NCBI GenBank assembly: GCA_964501135.1
Contig: CAZCRI010000001.1
Span: 393 to 64,392 of the forward strand
Source: an uncultured Candidatus Saccharibacteria bacterium
GTDB taxonomy: Bacteria; Patescibacteriota; CPR2; UBA1875; CAIMLA01
DNA: 64,000 nt
Direction: 5' to 3'
The notes under the pieces were generated by a model. It did not search any database. It worked only from the letters and a program-made list of their open reading frames with translations, and was not told where the DNA came from. Shown piece by piece: positions 1-8,018 of this stretch (position 1 is its first letter; every line of letters starts with the position of its first letter). The translations under genes were made by a program, and so were the position numbers.

Positions 1-220
1 CCAATTAGGACTAGGATAATCGCTGCTCCATACCAGTCTCCAGTGTAGAGAGAATAGGCGATAACGCCTATAAAAAAGAGGCCGATTACTGCGTAGTAGG
101 CTGCAGTACGGGTGTATTCTGGGTACTCTTTTGCCTTCCAAGCAATCAGTACCGTTTCTTTAGTTTCTTCCTCCGCCATAATCACATTATACAAAGTAAA
201 CTTGAAAAGTGAAAGCGTTA

Positions 221-250
221 AAAAGACCCGCATCTGAGCGGGTCTTTTTA
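221..250. terminator. Bidirectional rho-independent terminator hairpin (GACCCGCatctgaGCGGGTC followed by a T-run)
   Basis: Perfect 7 bp GC stem with flanking A/T runs on both strands, immediately 3' of the rubrerythrin gene. Confidence 0.6.
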
Positions 251-258
251 ATTGGATT

Positions 259-840
259 TTAGTAGTTTTCTGAAAGTAGCTGGTAGAAGGCTTGTGGATG
301 TTCGCAAACCGGACAAACCTTTGGTGGCTCAGTTCCTTCGTGAACATATCCACATTCACGGCAACACCACCACACCTTGTCTCCTCGTTTGAAAACCATA
401 TCACTTTCAAGAAGGGAAAGTAGCTTAGTATATCTTTGCTCGTGATGAGCTTCGGCCTCGGCTATGTCGGTTAGACGATTAGCAATTATGGTTAGGCCTT
501 CCTCTTTGGCGACTTTTGCAAATTCGGGGTACATTTGGCTAGTCTCGAAGTGTTCCCCAGCGATGGAAGCTTTTAGGTTCTCCAAAGTTGTGTCCCAAAC
601 GTTAGGAACTTCTGTGGGAATTTGAATCGCTGGGTAGGAAACGTCATTTTTCTTAAGTTCTTGGATATGGCCCATCAGCATCTTGGCGTGAGTTTTTTCT
701 TGGTTGGCAGTCTCTTCAAAGATGCTGGCAATTTGCTCATAGCCTTCTTTGCGAGCAACCGATGCGTATATGGTGTAGCGATTGCGGGCTTGGCTTTCGC
801 CGGCAAAAGCTTTGGCTAAATTCTCGATAGTTTTCTGCAT
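259..840 (-). CDS. rbr: Rubrerythrin (ferritin-like diiron domain plus C-terminal rubredoxin-like CxxC...CxxC domain)
   Basis: 193 aa; ExxH diiron motifs and C-terminal CCRECG...CPVCEHP; AAGGAG RBS upstream. Confidence 0.85.
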   Translation of the reverse strand: MQKTIENLAKAFAGESQARNRYTIYASVARKEGYEQIASIFEETANQEKTHAKMLMGHIQELKKNDVSYPAIQIPTEVPNVWDTTLENLKASIAGEHFETSQMYPEFAKVAKEEGLTIIANRLTDIAEAEAHHEQRYTKLLSLLESDMVFKRGDKVWWCCRECGYVHEGTEPPKVCPVCEHPQAFYQLLSENY

Positions 841-849
841 GTCTTCTCC

Positions 850-1278
850 TTATGCTTTAATGATTAGTTTACGTTTGTCGTCAGCGTCCGCTGTGCCACT
901 TAGATTATCCCAGAGGCCGTGTACGTTGCAATAAATGGTGATTAGGTAATCTTCCCCTGTTCGAATCTGGAAAGTCGCTCTAGGGGCTTCACCTGGGCTC
1001 AAAAATTGTCTGCACGAGGTTGTCGCGGTGGCAAGTTCTATCCACTCGATATAATGCTCCGCTAGCATCGGATGTTCCGTGGAGCCTACAACTACTTCTA
1101 CTTTACCTTCAAGTTCAGTCACAACAGGTACGTGCTTCTCTTGGCCCTCTGGGCCGTTGCTAGGTACGAGTAATACCATCGGCTCGCCACAACACTTTAG
1201 GGTACCGTGACCAGCATCCAAAACAGAAACGATGTTTCCGCATTCCTCGCATTTGTAGTAGTTTCTTCTTAGAGCCAT
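850..1278 (-). CDS. dfx: Desulfoferrodoxin / superoxide reductase (2Fe-SOR)
   Basis: 142 aa; N-terminal desulforedoxin-like CxxC...CC centre (YKCEECGN...KCCGEPM) plus neelaredoxin-type C-terminal domain. Confidence 0.8.
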   Translation of the reverse strand: MALRRNYYKCEECGNIVSVLDAGHGTLKCCGEPMVLLVPSNGPEGQEKHVPVVTELEGKVEVVVGSTEHPMLAEHYIEWIELATATTSCRQFLSPGEAPRATFQIRTGEDYLITIYCNVHGLWDNLSGTADADDKRKLIIKA

Positions 1279-1315
1279 CCTTACCTCACTTTCTACCTAT
1301 ATTTTACCATAAAAG

Positions 1316-1340
1316 AAAAGAGGGTCGCCCCTCTTTTTCC
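1316..1340. terminator. Bidirectional terminator hairpin (AGAGGG-tcgc-CCCTCT) between dfx and the heliorhodopsin gene
   Basis: Stem-loop flanked by A-run and T-run. Confidence 0.5.
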
Positions 1341-1357
1341 ATGATATTCGTAGTTTA

Positions 1358-2119
1358 TTATCGCAGAGTGCCGCCCCATACTTGCCAGGCGAGCAGTGCT
1401 TTGGCAATCAGTGAGAAGGTGATGTAAGCGTATTCACCGTAGAGGTAATCTTTCCATTTGCCGACCTTGGCGTATTGGAGAACCATATTTACCGAGAAAA
1501 CATTGAAGGCAATAAAGAGGCTCCAGAAAATAGCGTAGACAAAGGTTGGGACAGCGTCGCCACCCGCCTTTAAGGCGTTGAAGAAGTATAGTCCCATTAC
1601 AACCCACGGCATGACACCGGCAAAGCAGCCGAAAAGGTATGCTGTCCAGTCGGTTTTCTTGGTCGTTTGGTTGTGTACTTCCATCATCCAACCGAAGAGA
1701 ATCATGCAGGCGTTTAGTGAGAAGATAAGGATGAGAGTTGAGAGGTCATAGATTCCACATAGGATGGCAATCACGACCACCATCATTGAAGAGGTAATGG
1801 CGTACTCTGCCCAACGGAATAGATTAATTCCTTTTTGGATCTGCTCCTCATACTTTTTTCGCCATACAAAGGCATTACCGAGTAAAAACAATCCAGAAAG
1901 AAGCAGGAATGAAGCCACGATTGGGCCGAGGCGCCATTGGGCAAAATTCTCAATAAGAGTGGTGGGCATTCCTGGGATATTACTTTTCTTTCCTAGGTAG
2001 CTTGTAGTGATTTGTGCAGCACGGTCGTTGGAGATCGCCCACATGATTACTCCCTGTGCGAATAGTAGTACGCCGACTACAGAGTTGTAGATCCAGAGAT
2101 TTTTAAGTTTCTTTTCCAT
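1358..2119 (-). CDS. Heliorhodopsin (7-TM retinal-binding rhodopsin with inverted topology)
   Basis: 253 aa, 7 predicted TM helices. Matches heliorhodopsin 48C12 from memory in the conserved block (NLFRWAEYAITSSMMVVVIAILCGI...MILFGWMMEV). Conserved retinal-binding Lys in the last helix (SLIAKALLAWQVWGGTL). Confidence 0.8.
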   Translation of the reverse strand: MEKKLKNLWIYNSVVGVLLFAQGVIMWAISNDRAAQITTSYLGKKSNIPGMPTTLIENFAQWRLGPIVASFLLLSGLFLLGNAFVWRKKYEEQIQKGINLFRWAEYAITSSMMVVVIAILCGIYDLSTLILIFSLNACMILFGWMMEVHNQTTKKTDWTAYLFGCFAGVMPWVVMGLYFFNALKAGGDAVPTFVYAIFWSLFIAFNVFSVNMVLQYAKVGKWKDYLYGEYAYITFSLIAKALLAWQVWGGTLR

Positions 2120-2243
2120 GTTTCCCCCTTTCGTTAGGTATATAATATCACCTTGTGACGGGGAACTGAAATGATTATTACCTTGTTTTTAAGCACAAAT
2201 TCCAGTATAATATGTCGGCAACATACTGGAGTTGCCATCACGC

Positions 2244-2336
2244 GGAGAGGTACCCAAGTGGCTGAAGGGGCGGGTTTGCTAAACCTGTAGGCCGGGGCAA
2301 CCTGGCGCGAGGGTTCGAATCCCTCTCTCTCCGCCA
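2244..2336 (+). tRNA. tRNA-Ser (anticodon GCU)
   Basis: Cloverleaf with 7 bp acceptor stem, GGTTCGAATCC T-loop, long variable arm, anticodon loop TT-GCT-AA, 3' CCA encoded. Confidence 0.85.
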
Positions 2337-2414
2337 AGTCGAAGCACGTTACGTAGATCCGTATCGGCTTCGTCCATACATAACTTTACACTATCCGAAA
2401 GCGGGTTCCGACGT

Positions 2415-2504
2415 GGAAGGGTGCGAGAGCGGTTGAATCGAACGGTCTTGAAAACCGTCATACCAGCAATGGTATCGTGGGTTCGAATCCCACCCCTTCC
2501 GCCA
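2415..2504 (+). tRNA. tRNA-Ser (anticodon UGA)
   Basis: Acceptor GGAAGGG/CCCTTCC, GGTTCGAATCC T-loop, long variable arm, anticodon loop CT-TGA-AA, CCA encoded. Confidence 0.85.
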
Positions 2505-2531
2505 GTAATACATTTATTCTATAATGTGGCC

Positions 2532-3398
2532 ATGACCACAGCAGTAGAAACAAAACAAAAGCACTACCGATATATTTTGGTGGTGTTTTTAATTACTATT
2601 ATCACTTGCGCGGCAGTTCTTTTTGGGGGTTATCAAATCTCAACTATTTCCCTTACAAAAGCGGAAAAGGTATCGTCGCAACACGATAGGTTGCTTTATT
2701 TGAGTATTGCGGATGCCTTCTGGAAATCGGAAGAGACACAGTTGAATCTTGGTCGGTACTACTTAGCCGAAAGGGATTATGTGCAGGCGGCCAAGTACCT
2801 GGTAGGTAATCATAGTAAAGAAGCAAAAAATACCTATCTAGAAGCAAAATATGAGAGTGGAGACTACCAGGATTTAGTAAATATTTACGGTCAAGACCCT
2901 CAAAACTATACGGATCAGACTAAGCTGTTGGTAGCAAAGAGCAACCTCAAACTTGGTGATATCGAACAGGCCAGAAAGCTCCTAGCGCAACTTCCGAAGA
3001 GCAAAGAGACGGCACGGCTTGAGGTATTACTCTTGGTGGCTTTAGCAGACCAGACGACATTGGATGCGGATGCGCAGAAGATTGTGGACCCAAATTATAC
3101 GCAGATACGGTATCAACTTGCATATAACGGCCTAAATAGTGGTGGTTTTCCACATGCCGCTTTAGCTCTACTCGAAGAGGGTGCAGCTAAGAGTGTATTA
3201 GATAGAGATGGTTTACTCGCCCTTGCCAAAGCAGAAATAACAGCAGACCAGAGTGCTCGGGCATACGAGACTCTTACGAAGGCCGTACGGTTGGATGGTT
3301 ATTATCCACAGACTTATCGACAACTAATTACTGTGGGCGAGAAACTCGGAAAAAATACTACTGAATTTAGAAACCGCCTAGCCGATATTACCTGGTAG
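2532..3398 (+). CDS. Hypothetical membrane-anchored protein with TPR-like helical repeats
   Basis: The track ORF at 2421 overlaps the tRNA. The first ATG clear of the tRNA is at 2532. One N-terminal TM helix, then an alpha-helical repeat-like domain. Confidence 0.4.
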   Translation: MTTAVETKQKHYRYILVVFLITIITCAAVLFGGYQISTISLTKAEKVSSQHDRLLYLSIADAFWKSEETQLNLGRYYLAERDYVQAAKYLVGNHSKEAKNTYLEAKYESGDYQDLVNIYGQDPQNYTDQTKLLVAKSNLKLGDIEQARKLLAQLPKSKETARLEVLLLVALADQTTLDADAQKIVDPNYTQIRYQLAYNGLNSGGFPHAALALLEEGAAKSVLDRDGLLALAKAEITADQSARAYETLTKAVRLDGYYPQTYRQLITVGEKLGKNTTEFRNRLADITW

Positions 3399-3481
3399 AT
3401 GGTTTTATATTGTTTCACCCAACATCCGCAATGTTTCACGTGAAACATTGCTACGAACGGGCAGGCGTGAAACATTCCGAA

Positions 3482-5650
3482 TTATTTAGAGGTAGGCCAC
3501 TTACTGATAATCAATGCTGTGTCCTGATCCATAGTTGACCATACAGATTCAGTTACGAACGGCATAAATGGATGCAGCAATTTCAAAGATTGAACCAGGA
3601 CTGTGTGAATGGTGTATTGAGCGGCAAGTTTGCTAGCTTCATTGTCACGAATGCGCACCTTGGTATCTTCTATGCACACATCACAGTAATCGTGCCAAAA
3701 GAAGTCGTAGAGAAGCTCTACCGCATGCTGGAAATCGTATTTGTCTAGATAGCGATCAATTTCCTTGGATGTTTTATCCAATTTTGCAAGTATTTGCTTA
3801 TCTTCTGTAGTTAATTCCTTTTCGATTGTTTCACGTGAAACAATTTTGTAGTCCGTAAGGTTCATCTTGGTAAACTTGCTTGCATTCCAGATCTTGTTTA
3901 CAAAGCGTTGAGACATTAGTAAGGCATCTTCGCTGAACTTCATATCTTGGCCTTGCGCAACTTGCCATAAAAGACCGAAACGCGTGGCATCTGTACCGTA
4001 TTTATCGATGAGTACTAGCGGATCTACACCTGTTCCAAGTGACTTAGACATCCTTTTACCTTCAGAATTAAAAACTGTGGCATGGATATACACCTCCTTG
4101 AAAGGTATCTTTCCCGTGAATTCAATTCCGGAGAATATCATGCGTGCAACCCAGAGATAGAGGATGTCGCGAGCTGTTGAAAGGAAAGAGGTCGGATAAA
4201 ATGTGGATAAGTCAGTTGTCTTCTCTGGCCAACCCAGAGTTGCGAAGGGCCATAGGGCGCTAGAGAACCAAGTATCCAAAACGTCCTCGTCTCTTTTTAG
4301 CTTTGTAGAGCCACATTTGTGACATTTTGGTGTAAGCTTTGGATCAAGAGCCCACTCTTTAGAGACAGTGATCTCACCGCACTCGCAGTACCATGCTGGT
4401 ATCTGGTGTCCCCACCAGATTTGGCGTGACACGCACCAGTCACGAATATTGTCCATCCAATCCAGGTAGACCTTGGTCCATTTGGCAGGGTGAATTTTTA
4501 CCTTTCCAGAGCGAACAACTTCGATCGCTGGCTTTACAATTTCATTCATTTTGACAAACCATTGAAGAGTCAGAAGTGGTTCTATGACTGTGTGGCAACG
4601 ATAGCAGTGTCCGACAGCATGAGTATGAGGTTCGGTTTTTACCAACCACCTACCTTCTTCCAGCAGCCGAATTATGGCTTCGCGTACCTCATATCTGTCT
4701 TTACCAGCGAACTGTTCACCAGCTTCTGGGGTCATGTTTCCTTCAAGGTCAATCACAACTATTTTTTCTAGATTGTGGCGTTCGCTAATCTCGAAGTCAT
4801 TTGGATCGTGCGCCGGGGTAACCTTTACCGCCCCCGTGCCGAACTTTGCGTCTACATATTCATCGGCAACAATCGGTATTTTACGGCCAAGGATAGGCAA
4901 AACAGCTGACTTACCAATCATGGATTTGTAACGTTTGTCAGTAGGATTCACGGCTATCGCCGTATCGCCAAGCATAGTTTCTGGGCGGGTAGTAGCGACG
5001 ATAATCTCACCGCCGCCTTCTACCTCATACCGAATGTGCCATAGGCTGTCTTTACGTTCCTCGTGTTCAACTTCAAGATCCGAGAGAGAAGTGCCACACC
5101 TTGGGCACCAGTTTGTGATCCGGTTACCACGATAGAGATAACCCTTCTCGTAATAGTGAACAAAGGTTTCGATTACCGCCTTGGAGTAACCTTCGTCCAT
5201 CGTGAAACGAGTATGCTCCCAATCGCAGCTACAACCCATGGTCTTTAGTTGGCCTAGGATTCGTGGTTCATACTCTTCCTTCCATTTCCAAGTTTCCTTG
5301 ATAAAGTTTTCGCGGCCTAAGTCAAAGCGAGTTTTTCCCTTGGCGGCGAGTTTTTGTTCAACTTTATTTTGCGTTGCAATCCCAGCGTGATCGGTACCAG
5401 GGACCCATAGAGTCTCGTTTCCTTGCATGCGATTCCACCGAACTAGAACATCCTGAATAGTATTGTTGAGAGCATGTCCCATATGTAGAACCCCAGTAAC
5501 GTTTGGAGGTGGTATAGTGACAACAAATGGCTTAGTACCACCGCGAGAAACAGGCTTAAAGTAGCCATTTTCTTCCCATGACTTATAGATATCAGCTTCC
5601 ATTTCCTTAGGTTTAAAATTCTTTGGCATTTCCATAAGATACTTCCCCAT
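3482..5650 (-). CDS. valS: Valyl-tRNA synthetase (short form, 722 aa)
   Basis: Class I aaRS HMGH (PPPNVTGVLHMGHA) and KMSKS (KRMSKSLG) motifs; ValS-type CP1 region. Confidence 0.9.
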   Translation of the reverse strand: MGKYLMEMPKNFKPKEMEADIYKSWEENGYFKPVSRGGTKPFVVTIPPPNVTGVLHMGHALNNTIQDVLVRWNRMQGNETLWVPGTDHAGIATQNKVEQKLAAKGKTRFDLGRENFIKETWKWKEEYEPRILGQLKTMGCSCDWEHTRFTMDEGYSKAVIETFVHYYEKGYLYRGNRITNWCPRCGTSLSDLEVEHEERKDSLWHIRYEVEGGGEIIVATTRPETMLGDTAIAVNPTDKRYKSMIGKSAVLPILGRKIPIVADEYVDAKFGTGAVKVTPAHDPNDFEISERHNLEKIVVIDLEGNMTPEAGEQFAGKDRYEVREAIIRLLEEGRWLVKTEPHTHAVGHCYRCHTVIEPLLTLQWFVKMNEIVKPAIEVVRSGKVKIHPAKWTKVYLDWMDNIRDWCVSRQIWWGHQIPAWYCECGEITVSKEWALDPKLTPKCHKCGSTKLKRDEDVLDTWFSSALWPFATLGWPEKTTDLSTFYPTSFLSTARDILYLWVARMIFSGIEFTGKIPFKEVYIHATVFNSEGKRMSKSLGTGVDPLVLIDKYGTDATRFGLLWQVAQGQDMKFSEDALLMSQRFVNKIWNASKFTKMNLTDYKIVSRETIEKELTTEDKQILAKLDKTSKEIDRYLDKYDFQHAVELLYDFFWHDYCDVCIEDTKVRIRDNEASKLAAQYTIHTVLVQSLKLLHPFMPFVTESVWSTMDQDTALIISKWPTSK

Positions 5651-5830
5651 TAATTAAACAAAAAATCCCCACTGCTTAGGGGCTCTCGCGAGCGGTACCA
5701 CCCTAATTCTGTGCGGATACTTACTTTCCTGCTATTACGGGCTTACCCGTCTAGGTCTACTTTGCCTATCTGTAGGCATTTCTGCTAGAAACTTGCTGGT
5801 GACTAGCCAGCTCAAACGTTTATACGCAGA
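5651..5830 (-). promoter_or_regulatory. T-box riboswitch leader of valS (antiterminator/terminator switch)
   Basis: The minus-strand transcript contains AATTAGGGTGGTACCGCT (T-box consensus AATTAGGGTGGTACCGCG). This overlaps the 5' arm of a terminator hairpin (CCCC-TAAGCAGT-GGGG plus U-run) just upstream of the valS start. A candidate specifier stem-loop GCTGG-CTAGTCA-CCAGC contains GUC (Val) followed by A. Confidence 0.6.
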
Positions 5831-5858
5831 TTATACAATCCCATGCTTCTTATGTCAA
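5831..5858 (-). promoter_or_regulatory. Sigma-70-type promoter of the valS T-box leader (TTGACA-17-TATAAT)
   Basis: Perfect -35 and -10 consensus hexamers with a 17 nt spacer on the minus strand. Confidence 0.55.
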
Positions 5859-6911
5859 TTTGTAGTTTGGATCGGGTGTTAGGTCGCTCGGTGTCGTAAG
5901 TTCACCTTTTTGAGCGTGAAAATAGGCAGCGGCCGCAATCATGGCTGCATTATCGGTGCAACATTTTAGCTCTGGGTAGTAGAAATTCGTAGATTTTCCA
6001 ATCCTATCTATAATCTGTTCCCTGAGGGAGACATTAGCCGCTACACCCCCGGAAAGGAGGATCGAAGCTGGATTATATCTCTTGACTGCCCTCTCTAGGT
6101 TACGGGCTAGAATCTCGTTTGCCGTGTATTGGAATGAAGCAGCAATATCTGCCTTTTCCCTTTCACTAAGCTCTTTTCCTTGGCTCTCTAGTTCTCTGAC
6201 CTTTCGGATGACAGCACTTTTGAGCCCCGAATATGAGAAATCCAAAGACTCCTCTGGAGTAACCATGAAGCCATCTTCACCTCGGACCGGTGACGTGGTG
6301 AGATCTACTAGCGGAAATTTATACTTATGTTTATCGCCTTTTTGGCTCAGCAAAGATATTAGAGGCCCTCCTGGATAACCAAGTCCTAGCAGTTTGGCGA
6401 CCTTATCATAAGCTTCCCCGGCGGCATCGTCGTGCGTCTCGCCGATGATTTGGTATGCGAGATGGTCTTCCATATATAGCAAGTTAGTATGTCCGCCTGA
6501 CACAGTAAGACAGACTAAAGGAAAAGAAGGTGTACCTTTTACATCTTTGTGAAGCCAGTTTGCGTACACGTGGCCCTCGGTGTGGTGTACGGCAATAAGG
6601 GGTTTTTGGTGCAAAAGTGCCAAGGTGCGTGCCGTATTTACCCCTACGATTAGAGATCCAACAAGCCCGGGGCCCTTGGTAACAGCAATCGCGTCTATTC
6701 CATCCCAAGTAATAGATGCTTCTCGTAAGGCTTCGTCAAGAACTGGAATCATATTTGCTATATGGGCTCGTGCTGCGACCTCCGGCACCACTCCACCGTA
6801 CTGTGAGTGCTCTAGTTGAGTCGCTACAACTGAGCTTAGGACATAGGTCCCGTCTTCTACGATTGCAACCGAGGTGTCATCACAACTTGTTTCTATGGCT
6901 AATATTTTCAT
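5850..6911 (-). CDS. tsaD: tRNA N6-adenosine threonylcarbamoyltransferase TsaD (Kae1/Gcp family)
   Basis: 353 aa; MKILAIETSCDDTSVAIV N-terminus and ASKH-fold metal-binding HxxH. Appears leaderless (TGgTAATAT then 6 nt then ATG). Confidence 0.9.
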   Translation of the reverse strand: MKILAIETSCDDTSVAIVEDGTYVLSSVVATQLEHSQYGGVVPEVAARAHIANMIPVLDEALREASITWDGIDAIAVTKGPGLVGSLIVGVNTARTLALLHQKPLIAVHHTEGHVYANWLHKDVKGTPSFPLVCLTVSGGHTNLLYMEDHLAYQIIGETHDDAAGEAYDKVAKLLGLGYPGGPLISLLSQKGDKHKYKFPLVDLTTSPVRGEDGFMVTPEESLDFSYSGLKSAVIRKVRELESQGKELSEREKADIAASFQYTANEILARNLERAVKRYNPASILLSGGVAANVSLREQIIDRIGKSTNFYYPELKCCTDNAAMIAAAAYFHAQKGELTTPSDLTPDPNYKLT

Positions 6912-6964
6912 GCGGTAATATTACCACAAATTGCCCCCCGCAGGCATTGGTTTGTCTTTAAATT

Positions 6965-6997
6965 GTTCATTTCGATGCGGCCGCACGAGATTGAAAC
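6965..6997. repeat. Palindromic motif copy 1 (GTTCATTTCG-ATGCGGCCGCAC-GAGATTGAAAC) in the tsaD/femX divergent promoter region
   Basis: Shares an ATGCGGCCGCA..AGATTGAA core with the copy at 49407-49438. Confidence 0.5.
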
Positions 6998-7049
6998 AGT
7001 AATATCTGTAATGACATTGACCATTCGCGCGTGCTAAAATTACACGTAG

Positions 7050-8018
7050 ATGGATAATTTACTCTCGATACTTACAGATCCCACAAATAACTTATTTCAA
7101 TCGGCAACCTGGGAAGAATACCAGGAAGCGCTGGGGAATAAGGTTTTTCGGGTTAGCTGTGACGACAGCGCGGCACTGCTCGTAAAGTTGCCGCTTTATA
7201 AGGATAAGAGCTACCTCTATTGCCCTCGCGGCCCAATGTGCAAGAAGGAAGGTTGGCATGTACTCTTGCGTAAGGCACGCGAGATTGCTGCGGCAGAGAA
7301 TTGTGTTTTCTTGCGCGTAGAACCGTATCAGCTGCCAGCAAAAACCGTAAAGGAACTACGTTTTCGTAGGGTTGGGGCTTATACACCTCTTTCGAGACAG
7401 TTCTCCCCGATGGATACTCAGATTTTAGATATCGATAAGCGTGATGACGATTTGCTGGCTGAGATGAAGCCAAAGTGGCGATATAACATCAAGGTTGCCT
7501 ACCGCAAGGGTGTTCAAATCCGCCAAAGCACCAAGCTTACTGACCTGCACAAGTTTCATGAACTATCCCTTGGGATGAAAGATCGTGGTTATACACCGTT
7601 TGACCAGGCTCATTATGAACGCTTGCTTTACTCGTTGACCCATGGCAAGAACGTGACGATGTTTGTGGCAGAGCATAAGAAGAAAATCCTCTCCATAATC
7701 TTGGTGACCTTCTATGGTGAGGTAGCTACTTATTTACACGGCGCCTCCAGTGATGAATCCCGTGAGCTTATGCCGAATCACTTAGCGCAATGGGAAGCTA
7801 TCTTAGAGGCGCAACGACGCGGCTGTAAGCTCTATGACTTTTGGGGTGTAGCTCCAGAAGGTGTGGAGAATCATAGCTGGGCGGGTATTACTCGTTTCAA
7901 AAAGGGTTTTGGCGGTCGAACGGTCCATTTTGTCGGGGCTTACGACGCAGTGTTTGACGCTAAGTGGTATAATACTTTCTGTTTGGCGAACTTGTTTCGC
8001 AAACTGATAAAGAAATGA
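7050..8018 (+). CDS. FemAB-family peptidoglycan interpeptide-bridge aminoacyltransferase (FemX-like)
   Basis: 322 aa; FemABX/GNAT-fold family signature region (ATYLHGASSDESRELMPNHLAQWEAILEAQRRGCKLYDFWGV). Upstream of murE with a 4 bp overlap. Leaderless-type promoter. Confidence 0.7.
   Translation: MDNLLSILTDPTNNLFQSATWEEYQEALGNKVFRVSCDDSAALLVKLPLYKDKSYLYCPRGPMCKKEGWHVLLRKAREIAAAENCVFLRVEPYQLPAKTVKELRFRRVGAYTPLSRQFSPMDTQILDIDKRDDDLLAEMKPKWRYNIKVAYRKGVQIRQSTKLTDLHKFHELSLGMKDRGYTPFDQAHYERLLYSLTHGKNVTMFVAEHKKKILSIILVTFYGEVATYLHGASSDESRELMPNHLAQWEAILEAQRRGCKLYDFWGVAPEGVENHSWAGITRFKKGFGGRTVHFVGAYDAVFDAKWYNTFCLANLFRKLIKK

Noticed and set aside
2134-2461. Track ORFs 2134..2337(-), 2279..2461(-), the 5' part of 2421..3398(+), and 44612..44821(-)
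   Set aside because: They overlap the tRNA-Ser genes (2244-2336, 2415-2504, 44680-44768). tRNA cloverleaf evidence is strong, so the overlapping ORFs are spurious or their starts were moved
3482-5650. Many 60-120 aa ORFs antisense or out of frame inside valS, polA, tsaD, pnp, ftsK, dnaG, rpoD, pyk and trpS (for example 4490..4771, 6082..6378, 37686..38033, 41474..41791)
   Set aside because: They are fully embedded in long genes with strong homology-type signatures on the other frame or strand, and they lack RBS or promoter context
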